A stretch of DNA of 64,000 nucleotides from Phoronis australis (Eukaryota; Animalia; Phoronida). Positions 25,053-38,291 of the stretch are shown here, in pieces (position 1 is the stretch's first letter; every line of letters starts with the position of its first letter). The DNA lies in the NCBI GenBank assembly GCA_002633005.1, contig NMRA01000210.1:496001-560000 (forward strand), given 5' to 3'. The notes below the pieces were generated by a model that worked only from the letters and a program-made list of their open reading frames with translations, was not told the origin of the DNA and made no database searches. A program made the translations under genes and the position numbers.

Positions 25053-26751
25053 GTAGGTTTCGCCTTTAACATTTAATCTAATTAAGCCGCAGTGCTATTC
25101 ATAGGTGGAGCAAAACATGTGTGATATCGTGTTACCCTGGCAGCACTTGGAGGATTGTGGTGGTGTTAAAACACCAGTGTGCTTGATATCACGTGTCAAA
25201 AGTTATCCTCTAATTCAGATATTACACTAAGATGTATATTTGGTTCTGGTTCATGCCCAGACTCATTTTGAAACCTGCACCCAACTACTTAAAGCCGTAA
25301 AAACAAGTTCTATACAGACCACTTACCATTATGGAACTGGTCTCAAATCATTCCTTACTTTCAAGGCTTCCAGACAACTAGCAGTTTGTTATTTTTTTCT
25401 GACCATGCTCATAAAATTCCGATCATGGCTTAAACTGAAAATTTTTGAGCTTTTTATGAAGAAGTAAATGAACAGTAATGGTGGGATATAACTGATATAA
25501 CGTGCCTGAATTTTGAGAACCAGTTTTCTCCGCTGAATAATGGGCATCAAACTGGTTCTCAAAATACGGGCAGGTTATATCAGACTATTGCCGTAATGAA
25601 CTGTCCTATCTTGCCAAGCCTAGAGATCACTTTTAAACTGCATAGGGAAAAAGATCAAGCCAATTTTATAATTGTAAATGGCCCTATCACAAAACTTGGT
25701 TTTTGACAGAAAGCGCTGTTTAATATCATTTAAACAAAAGACTCACATCCTTACCAAGTGCAACACATAGCTATCCAGCCTGACTTTTAAATGATGTGCT
25801 TCGTCAACTCGGCCACAATCACCTCCTTAATGACATTTTAAAATTGATGTAACTACTGGCTGAAATGAACTAGTGTCACTCCCGTCTCCCAGTCAATGCC
25901 AGTACGGCCAATTGCATCACTGGACCAATCGCATCACTTGACCTGAGGAAAAAACATCACTTAAGTTGATATTAGATGAATTTTAATTTGCTGACCACCT
26001 AATATAGAATACTTCATCACCACATCAGTTTTCAAAACAAACAGTCCAGAACCAGCTATGTTCGTTTGGCCTTACATGGAAAATATTCATCCTATTGAGA
26101 TCTTACAGTAAATTGTGCCAAATTAACATGCAAGTTTTCAATCAAACTAGGATAATCAGAATGGTATGACATGTTTGGGATGATGTAGTTACAAACTGCC
26201 CTATCTTCAACTTGGGATGATGTAGTTACTAACTGTGTCCTATCCTCAACTTGCCATGCTTAAATGTTTTGACCTTCACAGTTATAAGTGAAGTCCTTCG
26301 CTAAAACTCGTCGGTTCTTCCAAATCACAGAAATCACTGTTTAAATTGAGTGCAGCATCAGCAGGTCAAAAAAATTGTGCAAAAGAAATGAGAATCAAAT
26401 GGTTCATTATGCCAATATGAGAATAAATGAAGAAAACGAAACGTGTTGGCTTGCCTTATCTCGTGACTCAATTTTTTGTGAGGATCACAAAATCAAATTA
26501 AAACATTCGTCACTTGTCACTGTGTAAAACGTGATGTCCCAAGGTAAAAGTCAAATTACTTAAACAGCACTCAAGATAACTCAAACTTGACTAGGAGCAG
26601 GCCAGGGCTAACTTGTCATTGGTAATTGTTTTTTGAAGTTGAAAATTGATAAGAACCAGTAATTTGTGAGCGAGGATGGTTGTTGTGAGCGTACATTGCG
26701 TGCTTGATAGTGACCTAGACATCACTGTGTTTGTGTCCTGCTTGCTGGTAG

Positions 26752-26906
26752 GTCCTACCGACTGTATTGTGGAGGGTGAGGTGCTAAAGTTGGGCGGACC
26801 ATTCCTGCAAACATGGCAGAGAAAGCACCTGAAACTGTACCCCAACAGGCTGGAGTTCTACCACAAGAACCGTGACGGACAAGTAGTGAAAAGCAAAGGT
26901 GTAGAG
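26752..26906 (+). CDS. GRK2: GRK2/3 PH-domain exon
   Basis: ggtag|GT CCT..GAG|gtaagg; 155 nt; [51 protein letters not shown]. Confidence 0.93.
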
Positions 26907-26920
26907 GTAAGGACACCACT

Positions 26921-27632
26921 GGTGCCTGTTTCATCAAAAAGTGACTTGTGACTTCCGACAGAAATTTGGCCTCGCGCTCCCACTTGAAAATTGCTGAAAA
27001 AAGTCTTAGCCAAATAACTGTGACTGCATGGCAGTCTAGAAATGATTTAAAGAATTTATCCTAGTGACTGGCAGCCATGTACATGCTGCCAAATTATCTT
27101 AGTGACTGGTAGCCGTGTGCGTATTGCCAAACTTACATTTGCTCAAATGAGATTTACATATTTTTCAGAAATAGTTGTGTGGGGCATAAGACCAAATTTC
27201 TGACTTAAGTCTTTAGTCACTTTTCATAAAACAGACCCCAGGGCCTAGTCGCTAATCTTTTTGTTCGAAATGGAACTCGAACTTATGTTTGGCATTTTCT
27301 ACTCTACATTTGTACGAACTCAAGATAAGTGTCTGTTACTCTATGCTCGAGTACATAATGACTTACGTGGATAATTCATTAGTCCTAGTTTGCAGTTGAT
27401 AAACCCAATATTAAGGTTAAAATTTCAAGTTTGAACTCGACTTTGTAGTTTCAGGTCAATATAAGGGTCATCAGATGCAAACTTGAACTGGAAACTCCTC
27501 ATATGCGTATAAACTATAATGTATTCAAGCACAGTCTAATAATCACTTACCTTCAAGTTGCACAAAAGTAGCAGAGAAATTGCCAAATTAATTTCACTTT
27601 CGTTTTGAGTATAGAGATTAGAGACAGGGCCC
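26921..27632. mobile_element. Two adjacent Harbinger-like MITEs; relatives at ~24300-24575 and ~30098-30374
   Basis: Inverted ends ggtgcctgtttcat..aaaagtgact / agtcacttttcataaaacagacccc, and gggcctagtcgctaatc / gattagagacagggccc. Confidence 0.55.
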
Positions 27633-28053
27633 AGGTCTATTAAAGGCTTCACGGTGCATGACACATAATCCGACGAGAAGAAGTAGATATTAAAAATCTT
27701 TTCAACTTACTGAGAGATTAGACTTTTCCCACAAGGAACCTCTTGCTGAGGGGTGTCCATGCTCACAATGAGGCGAGCAATGCAGTGGCTTTAACCATGT
27801 GATCGAATCACATTTCACAGATGCAACAATCCTTGCTTGTAAATCTCAAGTTTACACAAGTCTTTGTACATTTTCACCATGCATTACTTTCAAAGCATGT
27901 GTTCACACTAGCTTTACGCGCGAGTGTCTTGGGTCTACGTTAAACAGCCCTAGAGCGCTGCATAACGTCAACCCTTGATACGAAGGTGGAGATAAACTTT
28001 TGTTAATCATTGCTACCCTCTGTATCAAGACTGAGGTGTTTTTGTTCTTGCAG

Positions 28054-28170
28054 CTGGTCTCCATGCTGGATATTAAAGAAATCCTAACAGATTTTCAGAA
28101 GTTGAACAAAACAGAGAACTGTATTGTCGTTCATTTAAAAAATGACCAAAAGTTGGCTGTCACATCACCG
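28054..28170 (+). CDS. GRK2: GRK2/3 PH-domain exon
   Basis: ttgcag|CTG..CCG|gtaagt; 117 nt; LVSMLDIKEILTDFQKLNKTENCIVVHLKNDQKLAVTSP. Confidence 0.9.
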
Positions 28171-28908
28171 GTAAGTCAACTACTACCACGTTAATACCGT
28201 TGCTCCTTGTGTCCGGGATCATATAGTGTCGCATGTTACTAGATCTAGACTTGCTATTGTTACTTTTTACCTAATACTTTATTGCCTTATAAAGTCTGTA
28301 TAAAAAAATTACTCAGTTCCTGTTTTTACTCCAGCTCATGCACAAGTAAACGTTCATCGAATAAATTCCATTTTTCTTCAAATTAACTGGCTTCAAGTCA
28401 GCGCGAAGAAGACAAAGTTGTGATTAGTTGTTCACTCATTTCCTCACCCAGCGTTGACCTATTACTAGCGTTTGGAATCGCATTTAATAAGGTCATAGGA
28501 TTTCTTTTATGCATTTAACTTTTTAAATAAAATGTAGTTACTTGGTTATGAGCATGTAGGCATTATTTTGATGCACGTAAAGACTCTGTGATCTTCAATA
28601 TTAAAAAGTGGCTGTGGTTCTCTTAACCATTTTACACCATACCTGTGGTAAATACTCTCACTGTGTAGTATTTATTTCATCTCTTTGAAATCCAATTTTC
28701 ACCACCCTTCGTCATTTATTTATTATCTTAATTCTCAACCTATTTTAATTGCATCTCTTTTACATGTATTTAAGTGTTGTTGTATTACTTAATTGTATTA
28801 TATTACTGTTTTTTGTTATTGAGGGCCCTCTTGGAAAGCAGTGTACTTCTTGGTTATCGTATGGTTGAAACCAAATGTATGTCTCTGACCTGTGTAGTCT
28901 GTCTATAG

Positions 28909-29079
28909 GACAAGGTGTTGATTAACCAGTGGAAGGATGAGATCATCAATGGCTTCCGTATGTCCACTCAAATCATGGCCAACATGAACCCCAAAGCCTC
29001 CAAGATGTATGGCGCACAGTGTAACAATCACAACTCGAACCGACCACCTCTGGAACACCGCAACAGTAACGGCAGTTAA
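28909..29079 (+). CDS. GRK2: GRK2/3 terminal coding exon (copy 1)
   Basis: ctatag|GAC..TAA; DKVLINQWKDEIINGFRMSTQIMANMNPKASKMYGAQCNNHNSNRPPLEHRNSNGS*; conserved PH-domain Trp, and C-terminus resembling GRK3 HRNSNGL. Confidence 0.9.
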   Translation, partial: DKVLINQWKDEIINGFRMSTQIMANMNPKASKMYGAQCNNHNSNRPPLEHRNSNGS

Positions 29080-29381
29080 GCTGGTTAGGTGACGTGGTGA
29101 AATCCAATCATGAAATCCTGGTGGTGGCAACGATAGGAACTGCCGAGGACAGCCTGTTGAGACCGTGTCACCAGTTGATGTCAGACGGGGCAGNCTGGCC
29201 ACTTTATGGTACCAATAAACAACCCTAGAAGGATACCGTATGCGGTGCAATTGTGGGCGCATTTCAACGCTCCGCGTTTCTCTTGTTGTTGTTGGGGGCC
29301 CTTTTGGAAAGCAGTGTACTTCTTGGTTATCGTATGGTTGAAACCCAATGTATGTCTCTGACCTGTGTAGTCTGTCTATAG

Positions 29382-29552
29382 GACAAGGTGTTGATTAACC
29401 AGTGGAAGGATGAGATCATCAATGGCTTCCGTATGTCCACTCAAATTATGGCCAACATGAACCCCAAAGCCTCCAAGATGTATGGCGCACAGTGTAACAA
29501 TCACAACTCGAACCGACCACCTCTGGAACACCGCAACAGTAACGGCAGTTAA
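29382..29552 (+). other. GRK2: Second copy of the GRK terminal exon, probably the other haplotype duplicated at a contig join
   Basis: Identical to 28909-29079 except one silent ATC/ATT change; the copies are separated by a single N at 29194. Confidence 0.8.
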
Positions 29553-31312
29553 GCTGGTTAGGTGACGTGGTGAAATCCAATCATGAAATCCTGGTGGTGG
29601 CAACGATAGGAACTGCCGAGGACAGCCTGTTGAGACCGTGTCACCAGTTGATGTCAGACGGGGCAGGACTGTGGCACAGTCACTGGGCATCATGTGGAGC
29701 GGCTGACATTTTGTATGTTTCTAAACACCATTTTGGTTTATGTCAGTGAACACGCTTCCAACAAACTGTAACATCAGCGGGTTTATTTTTGTATATTTAT
29801 TGTTTTGTTCTTCTTCAATTGGTCTGCCGCTGCGCCGATTTGATCATTAGCCTGGACTGTGAGTTTGTTAGCTGACCAAGTGGGGGTGCTGCAGGGTGAT
29901 GGTTGCTAGGTAACACGCCTACAAGTGTGTTGAGGAACTCTTGGTAAATGGCTGTTTCCTTCTGAATGATAAAATTGGAACTAGGCGATAATGTTGAACG
30001 CAGTGTTGTGTGTCACCAGTGAGCATGTGATAGCGATTTTTTAATTGTTGATTTATTATCAGAGTTAACGTATCAAACTCAACATGAGGTTATAACGAGC
30101 CTATTTAGGGAAAAGTGACTTATGGCTTAAGACGGGAGTTTCATTTTATGTTTATAATTCATTTTACCCTTCTATAGTCAGGACAAATATTTCTAAAAAA
30201 TGAATTAATCTCAATTCAGTGCAGAACGTTGATGAGATGGTGTCTTTAAATTGTCACTAATTTGAGGTGTGCTGACAAGTGCATTGAAAAAACTTTGTTC
30301 TGTAATATTGTAAAGAGGGAGAATAAGGAAAATTTCAGACTTGAGGCTTAAGTCACTTTTCATAAGGTAGGCCCTAGAACAGTGTGTTAGAGGCACAATT
30401 TTATATTGCTTGTACGTTGGCAGTTGTATTTTGTCAGTGTTGTTCATAGTCGAATCAGATTACTCGTCGGTGTCTTACAGGCTCCTATGCTGAGTTTTGG
30501 AGGTATGGCCTATTTCTACATGTTTATGTTGACAGAAGGCTACACCAATGTTCTGTTGATCTAACATTAGTGTTCACATTACATTGCCGTCAAAAACCAG
30601 GAATGATCAGACAGGGTGGATATAAATGTATGTACTGGTATTTGCATGGATGACTCTGTTGATAACTTACGAATTAAGATTTTCAACTTCAGATGGCAAA
30701 TGAAAATGTAAAAAATGAAAGCTCGTTTGGAAACGTATTGGCTTGCTCTGTGAGAGTTATTGTGTGACACCTCGGCTCATGAACCTTCCTACAGTGTTTG
30801 GCTGAACTTGATGGTACAATTAATGGTTCCACTGTTCATTGGTATGATTTGCCTTGCAGAGCACTGTTCTCAATGTTTAATGAATCTCACGTTTCAAGAA
30901 TCTTTTGTCCTCAAGTATGTTAAGCAATGACACTGTCTGATAATGGCGTCTCTCGACAGCGCCTTCTGTTTGTGGTCCTTGAAAGGACTGTGGTCTTGCT
31001 GTGCTGTATTGTCTTAAGTGCACTAGTAGGTCTGGTTTACCAGTCAATACAACAGCATAATGCTAAACAACTGTTTGTTCACAACATTCTTTACCGGTGT
31101 CCCCAGTTGACGTTTGACGTCAATAGTTCAGACTAGGAGTCCATTGCTGCTTTTTGTCTACTCTATATTGTTCATGGTGTGGAAAATGTGATCATTTTAC
31201 AGTTTCCATCCACCAGTTATCAGTCTTAATTTATTTAATGTCTTAAAACCTATTCATTCGGGTAGGGCAATGTAGTTAAAGCGCTTGCCTGTGTCTGCTC
31301 TGTCCATACTTG

Positions 31313-32035
31313 ATGTGGATTCACCGAGTCTTCAACCTGGCTTCTTACAGTAGAGGCTGTGTTTGTATTGGCTGTATGTAAAGTGACAGTCCTTGGCGAG
31401 TATCAGGAGTGGATCCAGGATTTTGAGTTATGGGGGGCCTGGGCAGAATATTAGCCGGAATTTTGCCTGCCAGACATTCGCACCCCTAAACTAATGGAAT
31501 CCGGGAGAATTTTAGGGGGGGCATGCCTCCCTTGGCCCCCCTCTAAATCCGCCACTGAGTACAGTTATTAAATCTGGTTAGTGATCTGTCACAGAACACA
31601 ATATCCGCGAGGCTGCCTCACTCCATCTGTCTTGTGCTTCTCTTGCGGGTCCCTGCTGTTCATCATGTCAACCNATGTGGATTCACTGAGTCTTCAACCT
31701 GTCTTCTTACAGTAGAGGCTGTGTTTGTATTGGCTGTACGTAAAGTGACAGTCCTTGGTGAGTATCTGGAGTGGATCCAGGATTTTGAGTTATGGGGGGC
31801 CAGGGGAGAATATTAGCCGGAATTTTGCCTGCCAGACATTCGCACCCCTAAACTAATGGAATCTGGGAGAATTTTAGGAGGGGCATGCCTCCCTTGGCCC
31901 CCCTCTAAATCCGCCACTGAGTACAGTTATTAAATCTGGCTAGTGATCTGTCACAGAACACAATATCCGCGAGGCTGCCTCACTCCATCTGTCTTGTGCT
32001 TCTCTTGCGGGTCCCTGCTGTTCATCATGTCAACC
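31313..32035. repeat. 361-bp direct duplication around a single N (31674), containing a small MITE (31404-31557)
   Basis: 31313-31673 and 31675-32035 differ by scattered substitutions; probable haplotype overlap. Confidence 0.85.
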
Positions 32036-32739
32036 TGGACATCCCACGGCAGAATATAGCTGTCATGTTCCCACATAGAATTACTTTTGTTTCGGAAAGA
32101 CGCTGACAGTGTAATCACTTCATCTAGCTTCTTCTTTTCTTGCAATTTTTGTAAGATTTTTAGGATCTGAAAACTAGTCCCCTACTCCAGGGTGGCCTGT
32201 TGTCAACAATGCTATGGTTTTAAATTGAAGGGGAGTAATCTGGCGTCTTGGGTCCTCTTTCCTACACCACATAATTGTGTATATGAGTGTCATGATCTGT
32301 GTAGACTCGCTGGACGGACGTTTTAATAGCAAGTGTATTTTTACTATTCATAATCATTATATGTATTTGTACATAAAGTTGATCTAATCCACGTGTGGAA
32401 GCTGTTTACTTAGACGTTCATGGTATGTGTTCTGTCCTCAGACCGGCTTGGCTATTGTTTGTCCGCACAACTTTGCCTTCCTTTAGTGTCGTTGTAAATA
32501 GGTGTAAAGTGAACAAATTAAGGTGAATTGTAAAGCTTTTACTGACTGCCAGTCAACCAGTCAATTGTTGGTCCCTACAGTTTTTCAAGTTGACATTGTT
32601 TGCTTCTGCCCATACAGGGTCATCGTCAACCTTTGGATGTTTCGTTGTTTTAGTCATCCTAAGCTTTTTGCCTATCAAGTCTATTTACGGCTCTTATCTT
32701 CAGTGCAATATTGTGATTTAAGTGATTATATATATAAAT

Positions 32740-32765
32740 ATTAAAGTTCTTGCAGGTAAAATAAA
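32740..32765 (+). terminator. Candidate polyadenylation signals ending a ~3 kb GRK 3' UTR
   Basis: ATTAAA (32740) and AATAAA (32760) after a long GT/T-rich UTR-like stretch; inferred only. Confidence 0.35.
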
Positions 32766-34480
32766 ATTTCACTGTGTTTATAGGAGTTAGTTTTCGTTCT
32801 TATTGGGCTGTTCTGGATCGATACAACCACAGAGAAGTGCCTTTGGACATCCGTGAGAACTACAACTCTGATAATTGCGGCAATTCGGAGGACAAATGGT
32901 CAATTTTAAATACACTCAATGAAAGAATATATGTTCCATCATCAATACTAATAGGTTGCCGTCCTGTCCTAACTTTGATCAGAGGCATTCCAGTTCAGCC
33001 GACTTGGCAAAGTTTCACATACTTTTCTGTAACCATTTTAAGACATTTTAATTGTTTTGACAGAAAATCGAAACTTAAACTTTGGAACATTAAGAATGTT
33101 TTAGTAATTTCGTCAAAAAACTCTCCAGAGTACCTTTTGTCAAACACTACAGAAGCTTAAAAGGATGGGTTTCGTTTTTGTTTTTGATCATCTCTGAACT
33201 CGTCGGCAATTTTCGCGCCTCTAACCGATGTTCATCGCTAACGTGGATGGCCGTATTTTTTTAATGCTAGAGAATTTTCGTGATTTTGTTTTTAACAACT
33301 GTGCACTGTCTTAACATACGAATCGATTTATAATGGCCTACTTAAATTGCCGCCATGACTTGACAAGCCCGTAAGAAGGAAAAATTATTGGGGGGGGGCA
33401 CAAACCAATTATAGTTTTTTTCCATATTCAGGCTTCAACTTAATTCCCTGAATCGTCATCATTTCTTAAAAGATTAGTTTCTAATTACCAAAAATCATTT
33501 ATTAACCTGTCGGTTTTCGTAGATACATAAACATGTAAATCAGAAACCAACGAATTTGTTAATCAAAACGGAATGTTAGAAGCATTTTCCGCATGCATGC
33601 TCGCAGACTTTTGACGGGTAACCGGGGGAATACGGGGTTTGGGCATTCATAGTGAGGTGTATTTTTGGTCTTTCCGATGTATCTATAACAGTTCACGAAT
33701 TTAACTTGACCTCAAGAAAACGCTGAAATATATATTTAATTCGTTTATTATTGCGAGTATTTGGGTACACTCGTTCGACATGAACACGGTTACTCTAATG
33801 GTAGCCCCGACAGCAGTGTTTTCCACATGTGGGAATTTCTTACAAACAACTCAAAGAAACCATCTTCAAAAGAGATACTATTCTTGTGATAATGTGGGAA
33901 ACAGTAACATTAATTTATTACTAACCATAGGAAATAGTCCTTTTGTGTCATTAACAAGCAATGGTCTTCACGTTCTTTAAAATTCCTTACTCCTTTACGA
34001 TGGTGGTCAATCATGTTGTATTTTTACAAAATTTGTTGGTTGTTTGAGCCGAATGTCTTGATACTGCTGTGCTGTACATGAATGTTTTGCGCTTTTTGAT
34101 GAATTTCGAATCGCAACTTCCCTCGTGAATACTTGTCAGTGTCGGATTTACATGTAAAGACGGACAAAGGGACATTTCTCCGAACTGCTCCACCGAGAGA
34201 GGGTCCCGTCTGAAATGCGACACCTTAACAATGAAAACCTAAACATCATTAAGCTTGGAAAGAGTGACAGTTCATTCCACCGTCGTGTGGTCAGACGGCG
34301 GCGCAGGAAGTGACCTTCTTCAACATGAAAGTTGGTTTCACGATTTCACAAAAACAGGAAAATAGACGTAATCGAATCCAACATTGGGTCCTCTCTCCGT
34401 GAGCTTACCCTTAAGAATTTGTCAATAGAAATATAAAAACTGTGGTCACTTGAATGTCATAAATGACCTCCTTCAGACGT

Positions 34481-34632
34481 GGGCCCCCTCTCTATGAAAA
34501 TATCTATATTTTCAAAAATCAAGAAATGAGCAGCAATTGATGATATCTGTCAGGTCATCAATTTTTCTCAAGTGATATACAATTCGAAAAAAGCGACATT
34601 CTTCTCCGTTATCCTTTTCCAGAGAGGGGCCC
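34481..34632. mobile_element. Fold-back MITE-like element
   Basis: gggccccctctct / agagaggggccc ends and central attgatga..tcatcaat hairpin. Confidence 0.5.
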
Positions 34633-36139
34633 CTGGAAAAATATGGTTTTGCAGTTGCAAAATTGACTTACTGAATTTAAAAATCCAGTAAATTATACGC
34701 TCCACAAAAGCTTCGCTTTATAGATTTTCTCGATTTTTCGAAATGTGTGTAGGAGTGATTACGTGCACGTTTCCACTGAGGTGCGTTTAGACGACCTGTG
34801 CTGTGAAAGCGGATACCACAGCAACAATGCCATGGCCAGGATCTCAAAAGGTAAACCATGCACTGATACAGAGTTGTAAAATGTCCTCTTGAGTTTTCTC
34901 TCTTATCCGTATTTAGCAGTCTTTCTTTTCTCGACTGTCCCCGCCCCACGCGTCGGTTGCCACGGGTTAACCCTAACGCCTGAAAATTTTGGGGGGCCCG
35001 TGCCTCCCCGCTTCCTACGGCCCTGCTTGATGATTAAGTTAAGCAGAGAAAGCGCGACAAAAGAACCCATAGCGTGTCTGCGTGTACATGAAAGTAACCA
35101 GTGACAGACAAAACAGTTGCTGCCTGACCTAGCCGTAAAAGTCGAGGTGCTCCGTTCATTCACTTTTCAACCCGCAGTTCCTTGACAGTGGCGGATCTAG
35201 GATATCACAAGGGGGTCCAACATTTTTTCTTTGAGCATTTGCGCAAACCACGATTGCAGATGCGCATAGCACCGAATGGGGGGGGGGTTTCAACTAANGG
35301 GGGGGGGGGTTTCAACTAAGGTAGTAACTAAGAACGTCAGTTCTATCCGATTTATGATGAAATGCGCTGTCAAAGATTATGTGGGACCTTACTGGCAAGT
35401 CTACAGCCAATGACAAAACACTGACTCGGAGAGATTTTACTGAACTCGGCGAGTCACTTTCTGAAAGTAGAACGCCCATAGGAATTTTTACTTTTTCATG
35501 AACCAAGGACATAGGGTCACGTGACCATATCTTTTTAGCAAAATGTAGGCAAAAAAGAAAGCCCCATTGATAGCAATGACAACCGTATTAATAGTACGAC
35601 TAAATTTTATTTGATATAACTAAGCTCATTCTTCACTGCCAGTCACGCTATTACATTTTTCTAAACGATCGTTTCAATTTCACTTGGCGAAACGATCGGT
35701 GGTCGAGCTCTTCCATACTAAATATTTCTATGGTGCCCCAATACAAAAGTAGAAGTTTCGAGAACAGTTCATAAAGCATACAGTTTCTGAGGTTTCCAGC
35801 ACACTCGCGGTGGCAAGGCACGTAAGCTCCTAGGTCCCGTCCTCGAAACAGCCAGGCGCCTATGCCTCGCGCAAAAACTCCACTAGACCAGTATATTTCG
35901 TCTTTGACTGGACTCCGTGACGGATAAAAGTCAAATTTCTAACTTTTACTCTCATAAAATCCGTCGGTTTCGGAGCATTCGCTTACCGTGCCTATGAACA
36001 TGAACCTCGAGGTGGGCCGGCCGGACCGGCTAGTAATTGAAGTTTCTAAGTTTTGAAATGGTCACGCATGATGGGAGGGGCACCACATGGGGATGAGGGG
36101 GCTATAGCCCCACTTTTTTCAGTGCTGCACAGCCCATAT

Positions 36140-36407
36140 CATGCGCGCACCCAGCCTAAAATATAGGGGGGCTCGAATTTTACGCTATGCGTACCCTTTA
36201 TTGACAAAAACAACGAGGACTTAAAAAAAACCGACAGCTAGATTCGAATCGGGCCAACGTACGCCGTTGTGCGTCCGCGCAGATTTTCTATGGACTTTTG
36301 TCTCGTTTACTCGGACCTTTTGTTTCGCTGAGGCGGACCTCTTTTTTCCAATTCGCCAAATTGGGGGGCTTGTTCGAGCCCCCCTCCCCCCTCGGGGTGC
36401 GCCCATG
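36140..36407. mobile_element. hAT-like MITE with 5-bp TSD
   Basis: TIR CATGCGCGCACCC / GGGTGCGCCCATG; CATAT on both sides. Confidence 0.65.
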
Positions 36408-37834
36408 CATATGGGTGGTGCACCCGCATCAGGAGGGCCGGCTAGCTGTGCCGCCCATGTGTAGTGCTTAATTGATTTGCTATGACTTGAGTTAATTGCC
36501 GGCAACACGTGCAATTCAGGACTGATATCTGGTGGCGATGTTGAACACAAGATGCTTCCATTGACCATTGACAGTTTCGGCTTGGCGGCGTTGACTCGAG
36601 TGAAGCCCGCCTATATGCTGGCGACCTCTTACTATAACGACACTCCAACCGTTAATTTTCTGCCACCTGGCGGGTTCAGAGCGGCAAGCCTCGTATGCCA
36701 CCCGCAGCTATGAGGTCTCACAGGCGTCCCAGCTTCTCAGTGGTTGTCCCCAATGATTGCGGACGATCAAAAGCTGAGGACAAGGCTTTAGTGGTAGAGG
36801 GGTCACTATTGCAGCCTCAGAGTAGGTGATTTTAGCATGACAGCGTTTGAATTCCCGTTCAGTGACTTTACCAGACGATCCTGAGCGTGTGATAACATCT
36901 GGCTTCTTTGTTATACTGCCAAGCAAAGTCTTTTGTCTGTTTAGTTATGAATACAGGCAGGCCAATTATCTATATAGTACCAGGTTTAATTTTTATTACA
37001 GACCACGTGTGAACACCGGAGTCAAACCTCTGAGAGCGAATTGCCAAGAATAGATTATCGTAACTTCGGTTGCAGTTGGGCGATTTTGGCGATTCAACAC
37101 TAAACATGATCACCATTAGACGAGTATTTCAAAAATGCTATTGGTTTATGTGAGAACCTCGAGAGAGTTGTGTTCTGTAACTATCTTGTCTGATTGTCGA
37201 CATCACTTTTATTTAGACCTGATGACATCACACAGCATACCAATGAAAAACTAATATTCATTTAATTGCACGTTTAAAAATGAAATTAGTATTTCCACCG
37301 ACTTTATTTGCCAAAACTAACACTTTTACTCAACAAGTACGTGTTATCTGAACTTCTTCCTTAATCCCTGCTTAACTTCAAACATGTCAGCACAGCCCAG
37401 TCACGGCAAGCTAGATACGATCTTTTTGAAGATTAGAGCAATTATCGAACAAAAGAGAGCTGGCCCTCCAACCATGAATGCCAGAATGGAGTTTATCAGT
37501 CGAGTAAGTTGGCTCCCGAGGGGTAAACTTCCCAATTAAACTTGTTGTTTACCTATATCATAGCGGATGGCGAACGTACCAAGTTCGGCGAGCAACGGGC
37601 GAAAACGCCGTAATGAGGGCTTCGAAAGAATTGACAATATTCGTTAGTGCTGTCGAAAAAGCTCTATTATGATGATCTCACAAGTGTACGAAAGGGCATC
37701 ACGGTAAAAATTTGATTTTTTGCGACAGCCCATGCAGTCCGCGTCTCGGATCGGATGGCGGGGAGTGGGAACGCCGAGAATAAGCGTAACTAACGCAAGT
37801 ACCTGCGCCAGGACATTGCTAAAATCTAACCAAA

Positions 37835-38291
37835 GTCACGTGCTCTCATTTGAAATACACAGGAATATCTAACGTAGTCTCGCGAAGACTTTCTTTGAGG
37901 TCCTAGTGTTACTGAACGGGAGCCACTCAATCAATGCGAACTGACTAGGTGACGTAAAACAAGAAATATTTTAGAACGGCTGAATGAAGTTGGCCCTGGC
38001 AACAGCCAACACAGCCATAGCTCGTAGATAAAGTGGATGCGCCTTTGGTAGAAAAAAACACGCGGCGCCACTAGGACGTGAGTGAGGACCCGGACCTCCC
38101 CGAATCCTCTTGCAGTCTTACACTCTATCATAGTGTTAAACGAAAGTTGCAGTATAGGTGGCGCTGTGTCAGAGGGTACTTGCAGTCTGTGATCCAGTCC
38201 GGCGACTTCACGAACGACTTCAGTGACGCTACATCAGTCACGTGAGTTTGGTGACCAATCAATTTGCACATTGCAAAACCAAGATGGCGGC
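37835..38291 (+). promoter_or_regulatory. Putative ERK housekeeping promoter
   Basis: CpG-richer region before the ATG with E-boxes GTCACGTG (37835, 38237), TCTCGCGA (37878), CRE-like TGACGTAA (37950), CCAATC (38255) and YY1 motif AAGATGGCGGC overlapping the start codon. Confidence 0.55.

Noticed and set aside
31313-32035. Real tandem duplication in the GRK 3' UTR
   Set aside because: Copies abut a single N, as at 29194 and 35298, which is the signature of unmerged haplotype overlaps.
33000-37800. Third gene between GRK and ERK
   Set aside because: Only short ORFs without recognisable domains or coherent splice phases; region contains several MITEs.
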